NCBI GenBank assembly: GCA_947475245.1
Contig: CANJLW010000001.1
Coordinates: forward strand, 36,025 to 100,024
DNA length: 64,000 nt
Reading direction: 5' to 3'
DNA from: Acetobacteraceae bacterium
GTDB lineage: Bacteria > Pseudomonadota > Alphaproteobacteria > Acetobacterales > Acetobacteraceae
Positions 30,720-40,695 of the stretch are shown here, piece after piece. The stretch's first letter is position 1. Each line of letters begins with the position of its first letter. The translations under genes were made by a program, and so were the position numbers. The notes beneath the pieces are model-generated. The model did no database searches and had not been told where the DNA came from. It worked only from the letters and a program-made list of their open reading frames with translations.

Positions 30720-31525
30720 TGTTGGGGCGGGTTTTGGTCATCGCGGGGTCGGATTCCGGCGGTGGGGCAGGGATCCAGGCGGACATCAAGGCGATCACCG
30801 CATTGGGAGCTTTCGCGGCGACCGCGGTGACGGCGCTGACGGCGCAGAACACGCTGGGCGTGCATGGTGTTCATGTCGTTCCGCCGGCGTTTATCCGTCA
30901 GCAGATCGAAGTCGTGATGGCCGATATCGGCGCCGATGCCATCAAAACCGGCATGCTGGGCGACGCCGCGACGATCGAGACGGTGTGTGAGACCTTGGCG
31001 GCGTGTGCCGCGGGCGTGCCCGTCGTGGTCGATCCGGTCATGGTGGCCAAGGGCGGGCATAGCCTGTTGGCGGCCGAGGCCGTCGCGACCTTGCGTCGTC
31101 GGCTGTTGCCGATGGCCACCGTGTTGACTCCCAATTTACCGGAAGCCGAGGCGTTGACCGGGCTGACGATTCAGACTGTTTCCGACATGCGCGTCGCCGC
31201 GTCGGTACTGCTGTCCCTTGGCGTGCCGGCGGTGCTGCTGAAAGGTGGGCATCTGGATGGAGACACGCTGGTCGATCTGTTGGCGACGGCGGACGGGATA
31301 GAGGCGTTTTCGTCGCCGCGCATCCAGACGCGCCATACGCACGGCACCGGCTGCACCACGGCTTCGGCTGTCGCCGCGGGATTGGCGCAGGGGATGAACC
31401 TGCGCGACGCGGTGATTCGCGCGCGGGCTTATGTGCGCGCGGCGATCGCCGGTGCTCCTGGATACGGCGCGGGGCACGGGCCGTTGGATCACGCCGTCAC
31501 CGCCGATGTCACGAGGATCGGCTGA
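30719..31525 (+). CDS. thiD: Hydroxymethylpyrimidine / phosphomethylpyrimidine kinase
   Basis: VLVIAGSDSGGGAGIQAD, AIKTGML, DPVMVAKGG, LTPNLPEA, HTHGTGCT. Confidence 0.95.
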   Translation: MLGRVLVIAGSDSGGGAGIQADIKAITALGAFAATAVTALTAQNTLGVHGVHVVPPAFIRQQIEVVMADIGADAIKTGMLGDAATIETVCETLAACAAGVPVVVDPVMVAKGGHSLLAAEAVATLRRRLLPMATVLTPNLPEAEALTGLTIQTVSDMRVAASVLLSLGVPAVLLKGGHLDGDTLVDLLATADGIEAFSSPRIQTRHTHGTGCTTASAVAAGLAQGMNLRDAVIRARAYVRAAIAGAPGYGAGHGPLDHAVTADVTRIG

Positions 31526-32256
31526 TGTTGCCCAAGGCGATCTTGTTCGACATGGATGACACGTTGATCTCCGCCTATGCGCAGCCGGAACTAGCCTGGC
31601 GAGCGATCTCGGCGGAGTTCGCGACGGCGTTGGAGCCGCTGTCGGCGCAATTGGTGGCCGACGCGGTGGCGGTGGCGTCCGATGCGTTTTGGGCGGACGA
31701 GGAACGCCATCGGCTCGGTCGTCTTAACCTGATCGATGCACGCACGGGTATTGTGGCGGAGGCCTTCGCGGCCTTGGCGTCCGCCGGGCACTCGGCACCG
31801 TCGGCCACCGTTGCGCGCGATATGGCGCATCGCTACGGCACCTATCGCGACGAGCAGATGTATCTGTTCGATCGCGCGCACGAGGTTGTGGACTGGTTCC
31901 GCGATCAGGGGGTGCGACTGGCTTTGGTGACCAACGGGACGAGCGCGGCGCAACGCGCGAAGATCGAGCGGTTCGATCTGGAACACCGGTTTCACCACAT
32001 CCAGATCGAAGGCGAGCACGGCTTCGGCAAGCCGGAAGAACGCGCCTATCGCCATGCCTTGGCGGTGCTGGGGACGGAGGCGCACGAGACCTGGATGGTG
32101 GGCGATAATCTGGAGTGGGAGATCGCGGCGCCGCAGCGCCTGGGGATTCGGGGTATCTGGCACGACTCGCTCGGGCGCGGGCTGCCGGCGGGAACGGTTG
32201 TGCGTCCCGACCGTATCATTCGGTCGCTGGGGGAGTTGTTGCCGGGAGGAGCGTGA
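31525..32256 (+). CDS. HAD-superfamily hydrolase (subfamily IA)
   Basis: Motif I FDMDDTL, motif II VTNG, KP, motif IV MVGDNLEWEI. Confidence 0.88.
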   Translation: MLPKAILFDMDDTLISAYAQPELAWRAISAEFATALEPLSAQLVADAVAVASDAFWADEERHRLGRLNLIDARTGIVAEAFAALASAGHSAPSATVARDMAHRYGTYRDEQMYLFDRAHEVVDWFRDQGVRLALVTNGTSAAQRAKIERFDLEHRFHHIQIEGEHGFGKPEERAYRHALAVLGTEAHETWMVGDNLEWEIAAPQRLGIRGIWHDSLGRGLPAGTVVRPDRIIRSLGELLPGGA

Positions 32257-32278
32257 GCGACGGTGTCACCCTCCCATT

Positions 32279-33133
32279 TCACCCGCCCCGGTGATCCAAC
32301 CCGATATCCAAAACCTGCGCACTGTGCGTCAGCCACCCCACCGACATCAGGTCGACGCCGGATTGTGCGATCGGCAGCGCGGTTTCCGGGCGGATGCGAC
32401 CCGAAGCCTCGGTGATCGCGCGTCCCGCGACAATGCCGACGGCCTCACGCAGCATGTCCGGGCCCATATTGTCGAGCAGAACGGCATCGACGCCCAGGTC
32501 CATCGCCTCGCGCAATTGATCCAGCGTGTCGACCTCCAACTCAATCTTGACCAAGTGTCCTACCCCAGCGCGGGCACGCTCCACCGCGGTGCGTACGCCG
32601 CCGGCGATGGCGACGTGATTGTCCTTGATCAGGACTGCGTCATCCAAACCGAAGCGATGGTTCGACCCACCGCCCACCCGCACCGCGTATTTCTGCGCCG
32701 AGCGCAGACCGGGCATGGTTTTACGGGTGCAGCAGACTTGCGCTTTGTGACCGGCAATTGCGTCGGCGATGCCGCGCGTGGCCGATGCCACGCCGCTGAG
32801 GTGCGACAGGAAGTTCAGAGCCACACGCTCCCCGGTCAGAATCCCACGCGCGGGACCGCTGACGGTCGCGATCAGATCGCCGGGCTTCAGGCGGCTGCCA
32901 TCCGTCAGAGCGACCCGGAACTGGATCGCGGGATCGATCAAATGGAAGGCGATGCGGGCGAAATCCAACCCGGCCACGACTCCGGGTTGACGCGCGACCA
33001 GGGCGCATTCCGTCCGAGCCTCCGCCGGCACGATCGAATCTGTCGTCAGGTCCCCCGCTCGGCCTAAATCCTCCAGCAGCGCGGCGCGCACCGAAGGCTC
33101 GATCATGATGGCGGGAAGGGCAGGGATCGACAT
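32279..33133 (-). CDS. nadC: Nicotinate-nucleotide diphosphorylase (quinolinate phosphoribosyltransferase)
   Basis: ALLEDLGRAGDLTT, ERVALNFL, TRKTMPGLR, HRFGLDDAVLIKDNH, LEVDTL, LLDNM; start MSIPALP at 33133. Confidence 0.96.
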   Translation of the reverse strand: MSIPALPAIMIEPSVRAALLEDLGRAGDLTTDSIVPAEARTECALVARQPGVVAGLDFARIAFHLIDPAIQFRVALTDGSRLKPGDLIATVSGPARGILTGERVALNFLSHLSGVASATRGIADAIAGHKAQVCCTRKTMPGLRSAQKYAVRVGGGSNHRFGLDDAVLIKDNHVAIAGGVRTAVERARAGVGHLVKIELEVDTLDQLREAMDLGVDAVLLDNMGPDMLREAVGIVAGRAITEASGRIRPETALPIAQSGVDLMSVGWLTHSAQVLDIGLDHRGG

Positions 33134-33135
33134 GA

Positions 33136-34119
33136 TCAGCGCACCGCCAGCATGCGTTCGACGGAAAGGCGGGCCCGATCCATCAACATCGGGTCGATGG
33201 TTACTTCGTGCGTCATCGTTTCCAGCGAGCGACGAATCTTCGGCAGTGTGATCCGCTTCATGTGCGGGCAAAGATTGCACGGACGCACGAACGACACGGC
33301 GGGATGGTTGACCGAGATATTGTCGGCCATGGAGCATTCGGTCAGCAACACGACGCGCGCCGGCTGTTCACGCCCGACATAGGCGTTCATGTCGGCGGTG
33401 GAACCGGCGTAATCGGCCTCGGCCAGAACATCCGGCGGGCATTCGGGGTGGGCGAGGATGATCACGCCGGGATGATCGGCGCGCAGCGCGCGGACCTCGG
33501 CCGGGGTGAAACGCTCGTGCACCTCGCAATGGCCGGCCCAGGCGATGATCTTCACCTTGGTTTGCGCGGCGATATTCTGGGCGAGGTATTCGTCGGGCAG
33601 CATGATGACGGTATCGACGCCGAGGGACTCCACGACCTTTTTGGCATTGCCCGATGTGCAGCAGATATCCGATTCCGCCTTCACCTCGGCGGTCGAGTTC
33701 ACATAGGTGACGATCGGCACGCCGGGATGGCGCGCGCGCATCAGGCGCACATCGGCGGCGGTGATGGAGGATGCGAGGGAGCAGCCGGCATCCAGGTCGG
33801 GGATCAGCACAGTCTTCGACGGGTTCAGCATCTTGGCGGTTTCCGCCATGAAGTGGACGCCGGCGAGGACGATGACATCTGCATCGACGGTCATGGCTTC
33901 ACGCGCCAGCGCCAGGCTGTCGCCGACGATGTCGGCCACGCAGTGGAAGATTTCCGGTGTCTGGTAATTGTGCGCCAGGATGACGGCGTTGCGTTCGCGC
34001 TTCAGGCGGAGGATGGCCTCGATATCGTCGGCGAAGACCGGCCACTCGATGCGCGGGATGACGGACTTGACGCGGTCGTACAGCGGCGCGGTGCGTTCCA
34101 TGACGGTGGAAGCGGACAT
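33136..34119 (-). CDS. nadA: Quinolinate synthase
   Basis: [44 protein letters not shown]; start MSASTV after AAGGAGG. Confidence 0.96.
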   Translation of the reverse strand: MSASTVMERTAPLYDRVKSVIPRIEWPVFADDIEAILRLKRERNAVILAHNYQTPEIFHCVADIVGDSLALAREAMTVDADVIVLAGVHFMAETAKMLNPSKTVLIPDLDAGCSLASSITAADVRLMRARHPGVPIVTYVNSTAEVKAESDICCTSGNAKKVVESLGVDTVIMLPDEYLAQNIAAQTKVKIIAWAGHCEVHERFTPAEVRALRADHPGVIILAHPECPPDVLAEADYAGSTADMNAYVGREQPARVVLLTECSMADNISVNHPAVSFVRPCNLCPHMKRITLPKIRRSLETMTHEVTIDPMLMDRARLSVERMLAVR

Positions 34120-34137
34120 GGTGTGGCCCTCCTTCAT

Positions 34138-34186
34138 ATATGCTCTATATGAGCATTTATGATTTTTATGCTAGAGATGAGCATAA
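34138..34186. promoter_or_regulatory. Two tandem 21-bp palindromic operators upstream of nadA (NadQ-type boxes)
   Basis: atATGCTCtatatGAGCATtt (34138-34158) and ttATGCTAgagatGAGCATaa (34166-34186), matching the NadQ consensus as I recall it (ttATRCTCannntGAGYATaa). Confidence 0.8.
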
Positions 34187-34264
34187 GATTGTCAAGAGCC
34201 GTCATCGGCGGAGGCATCCGACGCCGAGCGCGTCGAATGCCTCCAACCAATCAAACCGAAGGTG

Positions 34265-35140
34265 TCAGGCCTTCGGGGCGAGCTTGTCCTGAGTCTTGGT
34301 GTCGAAATCGCCGGCGTCGTGGCGTTCGTGCAACTGGCTCGCCGAAGCGCCCTGCAGGCGGTTCACCATGCGGCCGCGCCGCACCGCCGGACGTTGCCCG
34401 ATTGTGTCGGCCCAGCGTTGCACATTCTTGTATTCGTCGACCGCCAGGAATTCGCCGGCCCCATACAGAAGACCCTTCGCCAGACCGCCGTACCATGGCC
34501 AGACCGCGATGTCCGCAATCGTGTACTCGTCCCCGCCGAGATAGGCCGTTTCGCCGAGACGGCGATCCAGAACGTCCAACTGGCGCTTGGTTTCCATCGC
34601 GAAGCGATCGATCGCGTACTCAATCTTGGTCGGGGCATAGGCGTAGAAGTGCCCAAAGCCGCCGCCCAGATAGGGCGCGCTGCCCATTTGCCAGAACAGC
34701 CAGGACATGCACTCGGCGCGGGCCGCGGCTTCGGTCGGCAGAAGCGCGCCGAATTTTTCGGCCAGATAGACCAGGATCGCGCCGGATTCGAATACGCGGA
34801 TAGGGTTCGGGCCGCTACGGTCCATCAGCGCGGGAATCTTGGAGTTCGGGTTGATCGATACGAACCCGCTGCCGAACTGGTCGCCATCGCCGATCTTGAT
34901 CAGCCAGGCATCGTATTCCGCGCCGGAGTGGCCAAGGGCCAGCAACTCCTCCAGCATCACCGTCACTTTCTGGCCGTTCGGGGTACCCAGCGAATAAAGC
35001 TGCAACGGGTGGCGACCGATCGGCAGTTCCTTCTCGTGCGTAGCCCCCGCGATCGGGCGATTGATGTTCGCGAACCGGCCGCCGCTGGCCTTGTCCCAGG
35101 TCCAGACCTTCGGCGGTGTGTACTCGGTAGAACTGCTCAT
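34265..35140 (-). CDS. yghU: Glutathione-dependent disulfide-bond oxidoreductase (GST family) YghU
   Basis: YTPPKVWTW, FANINRPIAG, LYSLGTPNGQKV, NPNSKIPAL, QLHERHDA. Confidence 0.9.
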   Translation of the reverse strand: MSSSTEYTPPKVWTWDKASGGRFANINRPIAGATHEKELPIGRHPLQLYSLGTPNGQKVTVMLEELLALGHSGAEYDAWLIKIGDGDQFGSGFVSINPNSKIPALMDRSGPNPIRVFESGAILVYLAEKFGALLPTEAAARAECMSWLFWQMGSAPYLGGGFGHFYAYAPTKIEYAIDRFAMETKRQLDVLDRRLGETAYLGGDEYTIADIAVWPWYGGLAKGLLYGAGEFLAVDEYKNVQRWADTIGQRPAVRRGRMVNRLQGASASQLHERHDAGDFDTKTQDKLAPKA

Positions 35141-35270
35141 TGCTCACATCTCCAGAGATTCGGCGGGCAGCGTTCTCGCTCCGCTGATGCCGCGCAGGTT
35201 GGCACACCGGGTGGGGTGGCGTCACCCAGTGGGAAATCAGATGGAGGAGACGCGGCGGGAGTGTCCGGTG

Positions 35271-38063
35271 TTAGCCGAAAGCCCCGACCTCGTGCGTAAT
35301 GGCCGTGGCGATTTCGCGCACCATGGCGAACAATGTGCGCATCGGCGCGAAGATTTCCCGATGTTCGCGGATATAGGCGTCTGTCGCGCGCGGCGCAGCC
35401 GGTTCAGCGTAGTCGCGATCGGCCGCCGGGTCCGGCGCGGCGGGAAAGATTTCCGCGAGAATTTTCAATGACTCGTCGATATCCAACCGCAGGATCGCCG
35501 CTTCCAGCACCAACCGGGTGACCCCGTGGCGCGGCGAGAAGTCAGAGATTTCGGTCGACAACAGCCAGATGCGATGAATCAGCGCCAACCGCAGCGCGTG
35601 CAGCAATACTTCCCGGGTCGCCATGCGGGGCGCATCGGGCCACGCGACCCGCAGTGCGAGGTGATCGGCCGAGATCCGTCGGAACATCGATTGTGCGTTT
35701 GCCCAGACGCCAAGCCGTTCCAACGACCGTGCCACGGAAACCAGCGCTTCCCGCCGCCCGGGCAAACGGGTCTGCGCCGCGCGATCGAACCAACTGCCGG
35801 GGTCAAGCGTCGCGATCACAGCGCGCAGCACATCGATATCGGAATGCGCCAGCCCGTGCGCCGCAAGATCGAGTGCTCGGCGAAAGCGCCGGCTTTTCTC
35901 TCGCATTTCGGCGAAGATCTCGGGGTGGCGCGCGGCGGCGGCCCCGATCCCTTGCAGCGTATTCGCGCACCAGCCGAGTTGCTGCAAAATCGCGTTGTTC
36001 GGGATCGCCCGTAATTCTCGGGGATGGCGGATACGCGCCGCACCCGCCACGCCGTCTGACTGCCGAGCGGAAGGGCGCGATCCCGTGGGATCGAGAAGAG
36101 ATGGGCCGAAGGCACCCAGCAGAGAGCCATAGCCGGCGTCCTCGACCAACCCTTCCATGGCACCGCGGATTGTCGCGAAGAAATCGGCCGAGAAATCGGA
36201 ATCGGCGTAGACCGGGTCCTCGATCGGACCGGCGGCGCGATGAAATGTCTGTTCGGCAATCCGCGTTACGGTCGCCAGCGCGAGTTCCGGCGTTCCGAAC
36301 AGCAAATACCCATCGCCCCCCTGAAACGCGCTCTCCTCCCTTACCTTCAGCCCTGCTCGGCTGAGTGCCTGGCGAGACGCGGTGGGCGACAGGTATTTCA
36401 GGCGATCGGCGAGTGAGCCGGGATGCGAACCGCGCCCGACACTTTCGCCGTGAGTATCGAACAGAATGACCTCGACGCCTGAAATCCCGTGCTTTGCGAG
36501 GGTTTCGCCGATTTTCAGCCGCAGCCGCTCGATCAGGTAGCTGGCGGCGAGCTGGCCGATGTAGCGGCCGGAATCCGAGTAGCCGAACTGTAGCGCGAGA
36601 CGTCCGGTCGCCTTCAGATAGGCGCGATAATGGGGGCTGCGTAGGGCTTCATCCAGAACACGTGCACCGCTTTCCAAAGCGTCCGCCGTTTCGAACAACG
36701 GACTGATTTCGATATTGCGTTCGATCCCGAACAGTTTCGCCAGCCACAGCGCGGCGAGCAATGTGTAGCCGGTTTCGGTTTCGGCGATCAGAAAACGAAC
36801 CGGGGCCGAACTGTCGACGTGTTTGACGATCTGCGCGACGGTCATCATGAGCCGAGCGGCTGACGCCTGTTCGGCGAGGAGCGCGCCGAAATCGACGGGG
36901 ATTGGTTGGACGGAATCCAGTGCCGCGTTGATTTTGGCGAACAGGGTGCGTCGGTGGGAGGGGTCCTCCGGCGGGTCGGCGATGCCGAGGCGCTGGCGGA
37001 CGACGTTATGGATTTGCGCGGCGTTCAGACGCGTGTGGGTATGAGCCAGCGCCAACCCGTGCGAGACCAGCCCAGCGCGCACCAAGGCCAGATCCTGCCG
37101 AACCGCATCGGATGGCGCGGCGGCGATCGCGGTGTCGAACAGCGGTAACAACGGGGCCGGGGAGGTCATTGCCGCCTCGCGCCCGTCGATCATGATGCGC
37201 GCGAAGGATGCGACGGAGGACGGTTCGGGCTGGGTCGGGCAGGCGTCGATCTGTGCCGTCGTGGTGTCGAGCGCCAGTTGGACACGGCTTTCCAGTATCG
37301 CGACGCCGGCAACCCCCGCCAGAATGCGGTTCAACTGAAGCCGCTTCATTTCCAGCCGCAGTCGAAACGTGTCGGACCAGCCGATGTCGGTCCGCCCGTC
37401 GGTGTCGTAACCGACCCAGGTGGACAGGATGACGGGGCGCGGAGTCAGTTCCATCCAGCGGTCCGGCCAGGCGGATCGCGCGACGTGCAACAGTGCCGCG
37501 TTGAACCGATCGATCGCGTCGCGGCCATAGGATATCGCGACCAGCGCGCGTTCAAACTCTTCTCGAAGCGTAATGGGCGGCGGGCGATGGGAGCCGGTCG
37601 GAAGCCCCGGTCGACCACTCGCGGTTTCCGCCAGGGCGCGACCGATCGGTTCAGGCAGTGAGAAGGTCGGATGCGCGGTGAAGACCGCCGCGAAGCGGGA
37701 TCGTTCAACCAGATCCTTATACTCGGCCCAGCGGACTGGGGAGTCGTTCGGATCGGGGCGCAGCAGGGTTTCCGCCAGACCGCGCAACGCCGCGTCGTTC
37801 GCTGTTGTATCGACACCGCCGACATAGGCGGCCAGTCGATCGGCGCGCGCGGCAAAGGCGGTATCGCGGAGATGTTGGATCAGCGCCGCGATGGCGGTCA
37901 GATCGAGGTTGCCCTGGTCGATCCGCCGGGTTATCGCCAAGGCGACCAAAAGGACGGGATTACCGAACGGATCCTGTTCGACGCGGGCACCTAATCGCGC
38001 GGTCAGGTCCAGCAATTCCTGGGCGAGCGCGGTAGCCGGATCGGGGGGGGCTAAATCGGGCAT
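35271..38063 (-). CDS. ppc: Phosphoenolpyruvate carboxylase, divergent alphaproteobacterial form
   Basis: ORF 35271..38363 trimmed to MPDLAPP (930 aa). PEPC-like motifs VFTAHPT, ISPLFET, GYSDS, VGRG and LRAIP, with several non-canonical substitutions. Confidence 0.75.
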   Translation of the reverse strand: MPDLAPPDPATALAQELLDLTARLGARVEQDPFGNPVLLVALAITRRIDQGNLDLTAIAALIQHLRDTAFAARADRLAAYVGGVDTTANDAALRGLAETLLRPDPNDSPVRWAEYKDLVERSRFAAVFTAHPTFSLPEPIGRALAETASGRPGLPTGSHRPPPITLREEFERALVAISYGRDAIDRFNAALLHVARSAWPDRWMELTPRPVILSTWVGYDTDGRTDIGWSDTFRLRLEMKRLQLNRILAGVAGVAILESRVQLALDTTTAQIDACPTQPEPSSVASFARIMIDGREAAMTSPAPLLPLFDTAIAAAPSDAVRQDLALVRAGLVSHGLALAHTHTRLNAAQIHNVVRQRLGIADPPEDPSHRRTLFAKINAALDSVQPIPVDFGALLAEQASAARLMMTVAQIVKHVDSSAPVRFLIAETETGYTLLAALWLAKLFGIERNIEISPLFETADALESGARVLDEALRSPHYRAYLKATGRLALQFGYSDSGRYIGQLAASYLIERLRLKIGETLAKHGISGVEVILFDTHGESVGRGSHPGSLADRLKYLSPTASRQALSRAGLKVREESAFQGGDGYLLFGTPELALATVTRIAEQTFHRAAGPIEDPVYADSDFSADFFATIRGAMEGLVEDAGYGSLLGAFGPSLLDPTGSRPSARQSDGVAGAARIRHPRELRAIPNNAILQQLGWCANTLQGIGAAAARHPEIFAEMREKSRRFRRALDLAAHGLAHSDIDVLRAVIATLDPGSWFDRAAQTRLPGRREALVSVARSLERLGVWANAQSMFRRISADHLALRVAWPDAPRMATREVLLHALRLALIHRIWLLSTEISDFSPRHGVTRLVLEAAILRLDIDESLKILAEIFPAAPDPAADRDYAEPAAPRATDAYIREHREIFAPMRTLFAMVREIATAITHEVGAFG

Positions 38064-38197
38064 GCAGGCAGCATGACTCGATTTGTGCAGTGCAGCAATA
38101 GGCATAACGCGCTGAAAAGCGACCATGGGGCGGGACGAGGAATGGCTCTTGCTGCACCGCAGCATAACTGACAACATCCTCTGGAGGTACAGGCAAG

Positions 38198-40693
38198 GTG
38201 GGGCAATTGGACGATACAACCAACTCTCGCGGCATGATCGGCCCGCTTCCGGACATGGCGGCTCGGACGCCGGAGGCGTTGCGCGCGGCCATCCTGACCA
38301 AGTTGACCTCCCACGTCGGGAAGCGCCGCACGATTGCGACGGACCGGGACTGGTTGCTGGCAACCGCGATCGCGGTGCGCGATCTGGCGGTGGATCGATG
38401 GCTGGCGAGCATCGACGCGGCGTATCAGCAGGGCGAAAAGCGCGTCTATTATCTGTCGCTGGAGTTTCTGATCGGCCGGTTGTTGTTCGACAACCTGAAC
38501 AACCTTGGCATCATGGACGCGGTGCGCGCCGCATTGGCGGGGCTTGACGTCGATCTCGATCGTTTGCGCGCGCTGGAACCCGATGCGGCGCTGGGTAACG
38601 GCGGCCTGGGCCGCCTTGCCGCATGCTTTATGGAAAGCATGGCGACACTGGGCATTCCCGCGCACGGCTATGGGATCCGTTACGATCACGGCCTGTTCCG
38701 GCAGGTCATCATGAACGGCTGGCAGGAAGAATTCCCCGAGGAGTGGCTGTCGTTCGGCAATCCCTGGGAGTTTGAACGTCCCGAGGTGCAGTACGATATC
38801 GGCTTCGGCGGTTCTGTCGCGACGATGCTTGGCGATGACGATATCGATCATCATACGTGGCGGCCGGCGGAAACTGTTGTGGCGGTGGCTTACGACACGC
38901 CATCGGTGGGCTGGCGCGGCCGGCGGGTCAACACGCTGCGACTGTGGTCGGCGCGCCCGGTCGACCCGTTGCGGCTGGACGTGTTCAACCATGGGGACCA
39001 TGCCGGCGCGCTCGCGGCGCGGGTGCGGGCGGAAGCGATTTCCAAAGTATTGTACCCGTCCGATGCAACCCCGGCCGGGGAGGAGTTGCGACTGCGGCAG
39101 GAGTATTTCTTCGCGTCCGCGTCGCTGCAGGATCTGGTGCGGCGGCATATCAAGGCGTTCGGAGATATCGCGTCGCTGCCGGAGAAAACCGCGATTCAGT
39201 TAAACGACACGCATCCCGCCATCGCGGTCGCGGAGCTGATGCGGATCCTGGTCGATCTGCATCACGTTCCCTGGGAAGAGGCGTGGCGGATGACCCAGGC
39301 GACGATCGCCTATACCAATCACACCTTGTTGCCGGAGGCGTTGGAAACCTGGCCGGTGCCGTTGATGGAGCGCTTGCTCCCCCGGCACATGCAAATCATC
39401 TATCTCATCAATGCTCGGCATTTGGCGGCTTTGCAGGCCGGTAATCCCGGGGACGACGGGCTGATGTCGCGTCTGTCGATAATCGACGAGCAGCGCGGGC
39501 GGCGCGTGCGCATGAGCCACCTGGCCTTCCTGGGCTCTCATCGGGTCAACGGTGTCTCCGCATTACACACCGACCTGATGCGGGAAACTGTGTTTCGCGA
39601 TCTGCACGCCTTGCGGCCGGGACAGATCGTCAGCGTTACCAATGGCATCGCGTTCCGTCGCTGGCTGCACGAAGCCAATCCGGGTCTGACGCGGTTATTG
39701 GTCGATGCGCTTGGTCCACGTGTGCTCGATAGCGAAAACATCCTTGCCGATCTGCGGCCATTTGCGACCGACGCGGCGTTTCAGGAGCGGTTTGAGGCGG
39801 CGCGTCAGGTCAATAAGGCGGCGTTGGTGCGTCTGATCCGCCGCGAAACCCAGATCAGGGTCGATCCCTCCGCGCTGTTCGACGTGCACATCAAGCGTAT
39901 CCACGAATACAAGCGGCAATTGCTGAATATTCTTGAGACCATCGCGCTTTACAACGCGATCCGCACCCATCCGACCTACGATTGGGCGCCCAGGGTCAAG
40001 CTGTTCGCCGGCAAGGCGGCGGCGAGCTATCATCAGGCCAAGCTGATCATCAAATTGGCGCATGACGTTGCGCGCGTGATCAACAGCGATCCCGTCGTCC
40101 GCGATCGGCTGAGCCTTGTTTTTCTGCCCAATTATTCCGTGAGCCTGGCGGAGGCAATCATTCCGGCTTCCGATGTATCGGAACAGATTTCCACGGCCGG
40201 GATGGAAGCTTCCGGCACGGGGAATATGAAATTCGCCCTCAACGGTGCGTTGACCATCGGTACCTTGGATGGCGCGAACATCGAAATTCGCGATCAGGTC
40301 GGCGCTGACAATATCTTCATCTTCGGCCTTACCGCCGCGGAGGTCGAGTCAAGCCGAGCGCATGGGATCGACGCGACGGCGACGATCGCGGGCTCGCCGA
40401 TTTTGGCGGAGGTGTTGGAGGCCATCGCCGGCGGGGTGTTCTCTCCCGACGAGCGGGATCGCTACGCAGGACTGGTGAACAGTCTGCGGCATCACGACTA
40501 CTTCATGGTTTGCGCGGATTTTGACGCCTACTATCGCAGTCAGCGAGAGGTTGGTGCGTTATGGCGTCGGCCGCGGGATTGGTGGCGCGCCAGCATCATG
40601 AATACCGCGGGTGTGGGCTGGTTTTCCTCCGATCGCGCGATCCGCGATTATGCCAGGGAAGTCTGGGATGTCCCGGTCTGGCGAGAGGATTGA
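38198..40693 (+). CDS. glgP: Glycogen / starch phosphorylase
   Basis: YYLSLEFLIG, LGNGGLGRLAACF, IQLNDTHP, KRIHEYKRQLL, EASGTGNMK (PLP lysine); GGAGG RBS before GTG. Confidence 0.97.
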   Translation: MGQLDDTTNSRGMIGPLPDMAARTPEALRAAILTKLTSHVGKRRTIATDRDWLLATAIAVRDLAVDRWLASIDAAYQQGEKRVYYLSLEFLIGRLLFDNLNNLGIMDAVRAALAGLDVDLDRLRALEPDAALGNGGLGRLAACFMESMATLGIPAHGYGIRYDHGLFRQVIMNGWQEEFPEEWLSFGNPWEFERPEVQYDIGFGGSVATMLGDDDIDHHTWRPAETVVAVAYDTPSVGWRGRRVNTLRLWSARPVDPLRLDVFNHGDHAGALAARVRAEAISKVLYPSDATPAGEELRLRQEYFFASASLQDLVRRHIKAFGDIASLPEKTAIQLNDTHPAIAVAELMRILVDLHHVPWEEAWRMTQATIAYTNHTLLPEALETWPVPLMERLLPRHMQIIYLINARHLAALQAGNPGDDGLMSRLSIIDEQRGRRVRMSHLAFLGSHRVNGVSALHTDLMRETVFRDLHALRPGQIVSVTNGIAFRRWLHEANPGLTRLLVDALGPRVLDSENILADLRPFATDAAFQERFEAARQVNKAALVRLIRRETQIRVDPSALFDVHIKRIHEYKRQLLNILETIALYNAIRTHPTYDWAPRVKLFAGKAAASYHQAKLIIKLAHDVARVINSDPVVRDRLSLVFLPNYSVSLAEAIIPASDVSEQISTAGMEASGTGNMKFALNGALTIGTLDGANIEIRDQVGADNIFIFGLTAAEVESSRAHGIDATATIAGSPILAEVLEAIAGGVFSPDERDRYAGLVNSLRHHDYFMVCADFDAYYRSQREVGALWRRPRDWWRASIMNTAGVGWFSSDRAIRDYAREVWDVPVWRED

Positions 40694-40695
40694 TC

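Noticed and set aside
38064-38363. 100-aa N-terminal extension of the PEPC ORF
   Set aside because: Overlaps the divergent glgP start and promoter; low-complexity, non-homologous translation.
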